Source: an uncultured Actinomycetes bacterium
GTDB lineage: Bacteria > Actinomycetota > Thermoleophilia > RBG-16-64-13
Length of the DNA stretch: 64,000 bases
NCBI GenBank assembly: GCA_963706025.1
Contig: CAVPLM010000014.1
Location: forward strand, 1-64,000
Reading direction: 5' to 3'
How positions within the stretch are numbered: position 1 is the stretch's first letter; each line of letters begins with the position of its first letter. Of this stretch, positions 57,999-64,000 are shown piece by piece. The notes beneath the pieces are model-generated. The model made no database searches, was not told the DNA's origin, and was given only the letters and a program-made list of their open reading frames with translations. Made by a program: the position numbers and the translations under genes.

Positions 57999-58901
57999 TC
58001 AGTCGCTGAGTGGCATCCTCGACCTGCGAGACGCTACCTGCCGCCAGAGCACCGCCCACCGCCGGTCCTGGCTCCCAGAAAAGGCCAACTCGCCATGCCG
58101 GGTCAGAGCGAGGCGGGCTCCTCGGAACCGGCAATAGACGTGGTGGGCGGCCGCGAGAGGCCGTGCCGCAGGAGACACAGCGGCGCCATACGCGGCGGCC
58201 AGCCTCTGGACGTCGCTCCGTTCCACATGAAGAAGCCTCTGGGTCTTGCGTTCGGGCTGGACCCTATCGACCGCGATCACGCGGTCGAACCGTGCCGGCT
58301 TCCGCCGCTGAGCCAGCCTGAGCCATAACTCGTAGTCCATGGCAAACTCGAAGCCCTCGTCCACGAGATGATCGCCAAGCGCTCGTCGCCGGCAGAAGAC
58401 CGTCGGCTGAAGGATGAAGTCATAGAGTTGCAGCAGCCGGATGTGGAACGACGGCGCCCAGAAGTAGTGGAGAATGCGCCCGTTCGCATTCGCGCAGGCG
58501 GCGTGGCCGTAGAGCGCGTCGGCCTCGGGATTGCGGTCGAAGAAACGCACTACGTCCTCCACGACGCGACAATCGAAGTAGGCATCGTCGGAGTTCACCC
58601 ATCCGATGATCTCGCCGGTGCTCAGGGCGAAAGCCTTGTTCAGAGCGTGGGATTGGCCGCGGTCAGGCTCGCTCTTCCAGCGCACCTTCGGGCCGGTGGT
58701 CTCCAGCAGAGCGCAACTACCATCTTTCGAGCCTCCGTCCATCACGACGTGCTCGATCCGGGGATAGGTCTGGCATGCGACGGAACGCAGGTTGTCCGCG
58801 AGCCACCTCGCCTGGTTGAACGAGGGGGTGAGCACGGAGACAAGCGGTTGGTATGGAAGGCCGGCCTGTATGGTTGCGTCCTCCACTGCACGCTGCGGCA
58901 T
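57999..58901 (-). CDS. GT2 glycosyltransferase (WcaE-like)
   Basis: PLVSVLTPSFNQ, DGGS.DG, SEPD.GQSHALNK, GWVNSDD, MDYELWLR. Confidence 0.9.
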   Translation of the reverse strand: MPQRAVEDATIQAGLPYQPLVSVLTPSFNQARWLADNLRSVACQTYPRIEHVVMDGGSKDGSCALLETTGPKVRWKSEPDRGQSHALNKAFALSTGEIIGWVNSDDAYFDCRVVEDVVRFFDRNPEADALYGHAACANANGRILHYFWAPSFHIRLLQLYDFILQPTVFCRRRALGDHLVDEGFEFAMDYELWLRLAQRRKPARFDRVIAVDRVQPERKTQRLLHVERSDVQRLAAAYGAAVSPAARPLAAAHHVYCRFRGARLALTRHGELAFSGSQDRRWAVLWRQVASRRSRMPLSD

Positions 58902-59041
58902 GCGCCACGCGACTCTGGTGATGCCTCACACGAAGCTTTCGTGCGCTCTCGTTCATCGGAGCCTACCATGTTTCACGCTGCACGCGGGCCGATAGGATGG
59001 GATATCGTTACGTCCGTCCGACAACCGCCCACCGGGGGAAT

Positions 59042-60028
59042 ATGAAGAGCGCGATCCTGTTTCTGGTCTTCAATCGTCCGGATACAACTCAGCAGGTATT
59101 AGAAGCCATCCGCGGAGCCAGGCCACCCCGTCTCTACGTCGCGGCGGACGGTCCCCGTCCCGATCGGGAGGGAGAAGCCGAACGCTGCGCCGAGGTGAGG
59201 CGCATCGCCACGGGCGTCGATTGGCCCTGTGAGGTCAAGGTCCTCTTCCAAGACATGAACCTCGGCTGTAGGCTGGGTCCTGTGCGTGGGATCGATTGGT
59301 TCTTCGAGCATGAAGAGGAAGGCATCATTCTGGAGGACGATATCTTGCCCCTATCCACCTTCTTCCCGTACTGTGACGAACTACTCGAACGTTTCCGGGG
59401 AGAGGGACGGGTCGGTCTAGTCAGTGGAAGCAACCCCATCTCCAATCGCTTCGTGCCGCCGGACAGCTACTTCTTCTCGCGCGCCATTCGTATCTGGGGT
59501 TGGGCCAGCTGGCGCCGGGCGTGGCAACACTACGACGTCGACATGCAGGCGTGGCCCGCATGGCGGGACCAGGGTGGGCTGAGGTCGATCTCGGACGGCA
59601 GCAGGTGGTTCGAATCCCACTGGCGCGACTTGTTCGAGCTCAGCTACCGCGGCGGAGTCGACTGGTGGAGCTACCAGTGGGTGTTTGCGTGCTGGTATCA
59701 CGGAATGGTCTGCATCCTGCCCGCGGATAGCCAAATCCACAACCTTGGCTTCGGATCGGATGCTGCTCATACGGTCATGAGCCCACCGGCCTACATGAGG
59801 GAATCGGTGCCGGAGCCTCTGGCGTTTCCGTTGCGACACCCACCCGACGTCCAACGAAACCCGGCTGTCGACGCGTCGATAGCCAGGATCGTCCACGGGT
59901 CGGCTTTCAGGCGGAGGATCATGCGCCGCCTCATGAAGGTCAAACCATTGGTGAGGAACATCCCGTTTATGGGCGACTTCCTCAAACGAGCTCAGGTCCG
60001 ATTGCAGGCGTCCCTCAGCAGGCGATAG
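59042..60028 (+). CDS. GT-A fold glycosyltransferase, on the opposite strand to the cluster
   Basis: ILFLVFNRPD.T, YVAADGPR, NLGC, GIILEDD, WGWASWRRAW, NLGFG. Confidence 0.82.
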   Translation: MKSAILFLVFNRPDTTQQVLEAIRGARPPRLYVAADGPRPDREGEAERCAEVRRIATGVDWPCEVKVLFQDMNLGCRLGPVRGIDWFFEHEEEGIILEDDILPLSTFFPYCDELLERFRGEGRVGLVSGSNPISNRFVPPDSYFFSRAIRIWGWASWRRAWQHYDVDMQAWPAWRDQGGLRSISDGSRWFESHWRDLFELSYRGGVDWWSYQWVFACWYHGMVCILPADSQIHNLGFGSDAAHTVMSPPAYMRESVPEPLAFPLRHPPDVQRNPAVDASIARIVHGSAFRRRIMRRLMKVKPLVRNIPFMGDFLKRAQVRLQASLSRR

Positions 60029-60939
60029 ACTACGGCATCGGCGGTGATGGGACGTCCCCGTGAGAGGCCCAACCGTCGACTCCACCTCCCCGCAAGGGCA
60101 AGAAGGAGTCCGATCGATTGCCTCTCCCAGACCAGGCGAACGTGGATCTCCGCGGCGCGCAACCAGTCTCCGTGGCCCCAAGCCCTCCGCAAGCGCCCGT
60201 CTGTGAATCGCCACGTGGCGTCCCAGACCCCGGGGGCCGGACAGTTACCTATGCTCTTCAGATTGCTCTGGGCTTCCTCCCCCCGCCATACGGTCTCCTT
60301 GCCCCCCGCAACGTGCCCATAACTGTGTGAGGGATGTAGGACGATGACATCCCGGGTGGCGTCGATGACCGGAACGGAATCCCGCAGGCAGTGAGCGATC
60401 AGGGCGTTGTCGAAAGCCGCCCGGCCTATGACCAGCGGGGGCACGGTCCTCCACAGTCCCCGAGGAAAGACGAAGTAGTCGCAGGCAGTGGGAGGATGGA
60501 AGCCTATGTCATCCCTCGCTACCAGATCCACCAGCCTGGCATCCCACCTGTTCTCCGTCACATCGATCATCACGTCCCCCGGGAGGTCGAGGCGCTGCCC
60601 GACGATCAGATACTGCCGGAAGGGAACCTGCCCCACGATGGACAGCAAGGTCTTTGTCACTACGATGTCGCAATTGATGTAGAGCTGTGTCTCATAACGC
60701 CCATAGCGCTCAGCATGATCTGCGATCGCTGTAAAACTCGGCGCTCCCTCTTCGCTGCAGTCCACGTCCGGAACGTGCGCCACCCCCAGCCGTTCCGCCG
60801 TCTCCTTGGTGCCCGAGGCATCGCCGAAGAGTAGGACTTCGACGTCCGGCGCGAGCGCCAGCCAGCTGCGGATGGCATTTGTCTGGTGCGTCGAGGCCAT
60901 GCCGACGAATGGCTTGGGACTCGCGAAAACGGTGATCAC
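59992..60939 (-). CDS. Putative GT-A glycosyltransferase
   Basis: IT.FA.PKPF, Q.NAIRSW, YINCDI, DYFVF, IGR..FDN. Context in the glycan cluster. Confidence 0.65.
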   Translation of the reverse strand: MITVFASPKPFVGMASTHQTNAIRSWLALAPDVEVLLFGDASGTKETAERLGVAHVPDVDCSEEGAPSFTAIADHAERYGRYETQLYINCDIVVTKTLLSIVGQVPFRQYLIVGQRLDLPGDVMIDVTENRWDARLVDLVARDDIGFHPPTACDYFVFPRGLWRTVPPLVIGRAAFDNALIAHCLRDSVPVIDATRDVIVLHPSHSYGHVAGGKETVWRGEEAQSNLKSIGNCPAPGVWDATWRFTDGRLRRAWGHGDWLRAAEIHVRLVWERQSIGLLLALAGRWSRRLGLSRGRPITADAVVYRLLRDACNRT

Positions 60940-62330
60940 GATCTCGCCGCTCTTGTTCCTCGAGAAGGCGGGGGATAATGCCGGCTAGAAGATATCTCCC
61001 GGTACCAGGCGGTGTAGGCGTCCACCTGCCTGCGTAGATCAAAACGCAGCCGTGCATCTTCCGCAGCGTTTCTGCCCATGGATGTACGCAATGCCTCATC
61101 GCTCAGCAGTCTGACAATGGCATCGGCCATGGCCCCAGCGTCCCCAGGCTGCACCAATACACCGTTGTACGCGTCCTTTATCTGCTCCGGGGTTCCCCCC
61201 ACGGCACTGGCTACCACTGGGATCCCACAGGCTAGAGCCTCGCTGATCGCCAGGCTCATGGTCTCCGCGCGAGCTGCGCTTAGGTAGATGTCGGCCGCCT
61301 GGCAATAGCGGGCCACCACATCAGGATCTTTCTGATAGGGAACGAAACGCAACTCGACCTGTCCGATGTGCTTAACGGGTGATTCTTCGCCGAGAGCTAC
61401 GCAGAGCACGCGCTTTCCCTCCGGGAGGCCGGCGATCCGAGTGACGGCAGACAGGATGGTGCGGTGGTCCTTCCAGCCACCTTTCCGCATGCCGTAGCCC
61501 GAGAACAGCAACATCCTAGCGTCCTGAGGGATGCCCAAGGCCACCCGGGCAGACTGACGATCGCCCGGTCGAAAGACGGAAAGGTCCACTCCGTTGTTGA
61601 TGATCCTTGATTCCACGATCGCGGGCGCCAGTATCGACCGCCGTACCTTAGCCATCAGCCACTCACAGGGAGTGGCCACATACAGGCGGCTTCTTGCGTA
61701 TATGTCCCGCTTGCGCTGCCAATTGAAGGCTGTCGCGTCTCGCCGGACCGCCGGGTAGAGACCGAGATCCGGGCACTCTCCACACCCGGTCTGCCAGCGT
61801 TCACAGGCGAGCGAATGAGCGCAGTGGCCGCTGAGCAGCCAGGCGTCGTGTAGCGTCAGGATGGTAGCCACCTGACTGCTCAGCCACGGTAGGGCTCGTA
61901 GGTCGAAAAAGCCGCCGTGCAAGTTGTGGCAGTGGAGGATCGTTGGGCGCTCCACCGTCAGATCCAGCAGGCCATAGGTGGCCGGATAGTCGAAGTCCTC
62001 GTGTCCTTGCAGTCTCTCCCACGCGCGGGGGGGGTCCGCGATGCCCCGCAACACGCCCTTGGCTACGGCGGCTCCCCCTACTCTCCTGGCCACGGGTTGC
62101 AGCCAACGATTCGTAGCCTGCCGTGCTTTGGTTCGGAGGTCGCCTCCACCGCGGCCTGATATCGGAAGCACATCCGGCTCTCCACTCCGTTTCCTCCCGA
62201 CAACGAGCCACGATTCGAGACCATTGGAACGATAGGAGCAGAAGAGATTCCGAGCGACACTCTCGGCGCCGCCGAGAGCGTCCGCCGTACTGACCTGCAT
62301 GATCCGCAACCGACTGTCGGCATCATTCAT
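60936..62330 (-). CDS. GT4 glycosyltransferase (WcaC-like)
   Basis: D..GGAE, HCHNLHG, TLHDAWL.SGHC...C.RWQ.GCG.CPDL, EALACG.PVVAS.VGG.PE. Confidence 0.88.
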   Translation of the reverse strand: MNDADSRLRIMQVSTADALGGAESVARNLFCSYRSNGLESWLVVGRKRSGEPDVLPISGRGGGDLRTKARQATNRWLQPVARRVGGAAVAKGVLRGIADPPRAWERLQGHEDFDYPATYGLLDLTVERPTILHCHNLHGGFFDLRALPWLSSQVATILTLHDAWLLSGHCAHSLACERWQTGCGECPDLGLYPAVRRDATAFNWQRKRDIYARSRLYVATPCEWLMAKVRRSILAPAIVESRIINNGVDLSVFRPGDRQSARVALGIPQDARMLLFSGYGMRKGGWKDHRTILSAVTRIAGLPEGKRVLCVALGEESPVKHIGQVELRFVPYQKDPDVVARYCQAADIYLSAARAETMSLAISEALACGIPVVASAVGGTPEQIKDAYNGVLVQPGDAGAMADAIVRLLSDEALRTSMGRNAAEDARLRFDLRRQVDAYTAWYREISSSRHYPPPSRGTRAARS

Positions 62331-63375
62331 CGAAGAAGGCCTCCAGTCGACGCGAGAACTCGTCGCCCGTCCAGTTGCGCACGGTGAAGCGCGGGATCCG
62401 GAAACGGTCCGTGCCGCGAAAGACTCTGCCGGGAAAGATGGAGCATGCGCACCGGTAGCCGCTCTCCCTTACCAACCTGACGGTGACCGACGTGAAATCC
62501 GTGCGTTCCCCGAATGGATAGGAGAAGCACTGCACCCGCGCATTCAGAATACGTTCCAGCCTGCGCTTGCTTCCTTCGATCTCCTCCCTCTGGACGGCTG
62601 TGGGCTGCGCAGACAGCAAGAGATGGGTCATTGTGTGGGAGCCGATTTCCACCAGCCCATCCTTCGCCAAGGCCACCACTTCTTCCTCGGCAAGCGCCCG
62701 GTTGTGGGCGCGGCCTATGCCATCCACGTTGGCCCAGCTGCGGAGGGAGTCCAGTACCTGCATCCGCGCCGGGGTATCCAAAGGCCGCAACAGTTCACAC
62801 AAGTCCCGATAGACCGCCTGGCGGGTTGAGCAGGGCTGATCGGACAGCACGTGCCACCGTCGATCGGGTCTGTCCTCCTCGGGTGGGAGATGCCAGGAGA
62901 GCTGCTTCGGTCCGACGGTCAGGTGGAGCCATTCTGGCAGACTGGGCTCTTGCAGGAGGATCCTCTCCAACTCGTCCCACCAGAACTCCTCCAGCGACCC
63001 TATCTGGCCGGCGATCACGAACACCGTCGCCGGGATTCCAGCCGCCCGCAACAGCGGCAGGCCGTGGTGAAGATTGTCGGCGTAGCCGTCGTCGAAGGTG
63101 ACAACCACCGAGCGACCACCTCGCGATCGCCCGTTCTTCGACCACCCGCGTGTATGATCATGCAAGCCACCGAGCCGGACCGGCACGTAGCTCTGCCCCA
63201 GGATCTCCAGATGTTCGGCGAAATTGCGGGGAGAAACGGCGAGTAGCTGAGGGTCTGTGTCCAGATCGGCCACTCGATGGTAGAGGAGAACCACGCTCGA
63301 CCGGAGCGCTCTCATCGCGTAGCGTCTCAGCACCTTCTTCCCGTAGTGCCGCAGCTGAGTTTGGTCTACTCGCAT
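62323..63375 (-). CDS. Polysaccharide deacetylase (CE4/NodB)
   Basis: LLYHRV, TFDDGYADN, EIGSHTMTH, FSYPFG. Confidence 0.9.
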   Translation of the reverse strand: MRVDQTQLRHYGKKVLRRYAMRALRSSVVLLYHRVADLDTDPQLLAVSPRNFAEHLEILGQSYVPVRLGGLHDHTRGWSKNGRSRGGRSVVVTFDDGYADNLHHGLPLLRAAGIPATVFVIAGQIGSLEEFWWDELERILLQEPSLPEWLHLTVGPKQLSWHLPPEEDRPDRRWHVLSDQPCSTRQAVYRDLCELLRPLDTPARMQVLDSLRSWANVDGIGRAHNRALAEEEVVALAKDGLVEIGSHTMTHLLLSAQPTAVQREEIEGSKRRLERILNARVQCFSYPFGERTDFTSVTVRLVRESGYRCACSIFPGRVFRGTDRFRIPRFTVRNWTGDEFSRRLEAFFDE

Positions 63376-63390
63376 CCGACTCGGCCCGTC

Positions 63391-64000
63391 CTAGCGTCGC
63401 TCGGCAACGACGCGTGAAAGATGCTCGATGAGTGCCCTAGAGGCAGTGGTCCAGTTGAGGCGGGAGCGGTATTCCTCCTGCGAAGCCAGGGCAAGCGGAA
63501 CGTATGTCTCGTCGTAGGAGGCCATGCACCGGGCGATGGACTCCGCCGCATCCTCGACGAAGCGATCCTCGCCGAACAGGTAGCCGTTCGTACCATGTGT
63601 GACAACAGACTCGATGCCGCCCGTCCGAACCGACACGGACGGCACCCCGTACGCGCTCGCTTCGCAGAAGACGACCGGGGTGCAATCGGCGCGCGAGGGA
63701 AGGCAGAGAAAGTGGCTCCCCGCCAGCAGACGTGTGATCATAGCTTCCCCGGAGGGGGTCGACTTGTCGACGAAGCCGAGGCAGTCGACGAGCTCCGGAC
63801 CGTGAACCTTCGGAGCTTGACAGCCGACGACTGTCAGCTTCGTGGGGATGCCCGACTCCGTCAGTCTCGAGGCGACCGCTAGGGCCAGATCGCCGCCTTT
63901 GCGGTACCAATCCACTCCGATGAAGAGCAGCCGGCACTCGTCTCGCGGGCGTCGCTGAACCGAGGCAGCGACCTCAGTTCGACTCGGTTCTACCTCTAGA
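63391..64000 (-). CDS. GT4 glycosyltransferase, 5' partial
   Basis: Frame is open to the window edge (LLFIGVDWYRKGGD), LPSRADC.PVVFCEASAYG.P. Confidence 0.85.
   Translation of the reverse strand, partial: LEVEPSRTEVAASVQRRPRDECRLLFIGVDWYRKGGDLALAVASRLTESGIPTKLTVVGCQAPKVHGPELVDCLGFVDKSTPSGEAMITRLLAGSHFLCLPSRADCTPVVFCEASAYGVPSVSVRTGGIESVVTHGTNGYLFGEDRFVEDAAESIARCMASYDETYVPLALASQEEYRSRLNWTTASRALIEHLSRVVAERR

Overview
A GC-rich bacterial chromosome segment. High GC, TAnnnT promoters and several apparently leaderless genes suggest an actinobacterium. A tungsten aldehyde oxidoreductase, a reductive dehalogenase and a selenoprotein suggest an anaerobe, perhaps Thermoleophilia/Coriobacteriia-like; this taxonomy is inference only. 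I found no rRNA, tRNA, CRISPR array, integrase or transposase. In order, the window holds: (1) a Dpp/Opp peptide ABC operon; (2) a lower-GC catabolic module (C45 Ntn-amidase, GSA-mutase-like class III aminotransferase, AOR, DUF362 Fe-S protein) with a convergent MalT-like regulator and an upstream palindrome; (3) a short Tat-less NpRdhA-type reductive dehalogenase; (4) many oxidoreductases, an E1 alpha/beta pair, a stand-alone hisF, a vapBC pair and an internally deleted ADH; (5) gnd-zwf-pgl, htrA and a nitroreductase; (6) a UGA-containing peroxiredoxin-like selenoprotein with a candidate SECIS, which the ORF track truncates, and a small unannotated membrane ORF; (7) a TetR-centred cluster whose CocE-like and M24-like hydrolases both have Cys at catalytic positions; (8) an ECF sigma/anti-sigma pair and a BKACE; (9) a glycan cluster with an O-antigen-ligase/TPR protein. 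Nine genes carry frameshifts that are most likely long-read sequencing indels.
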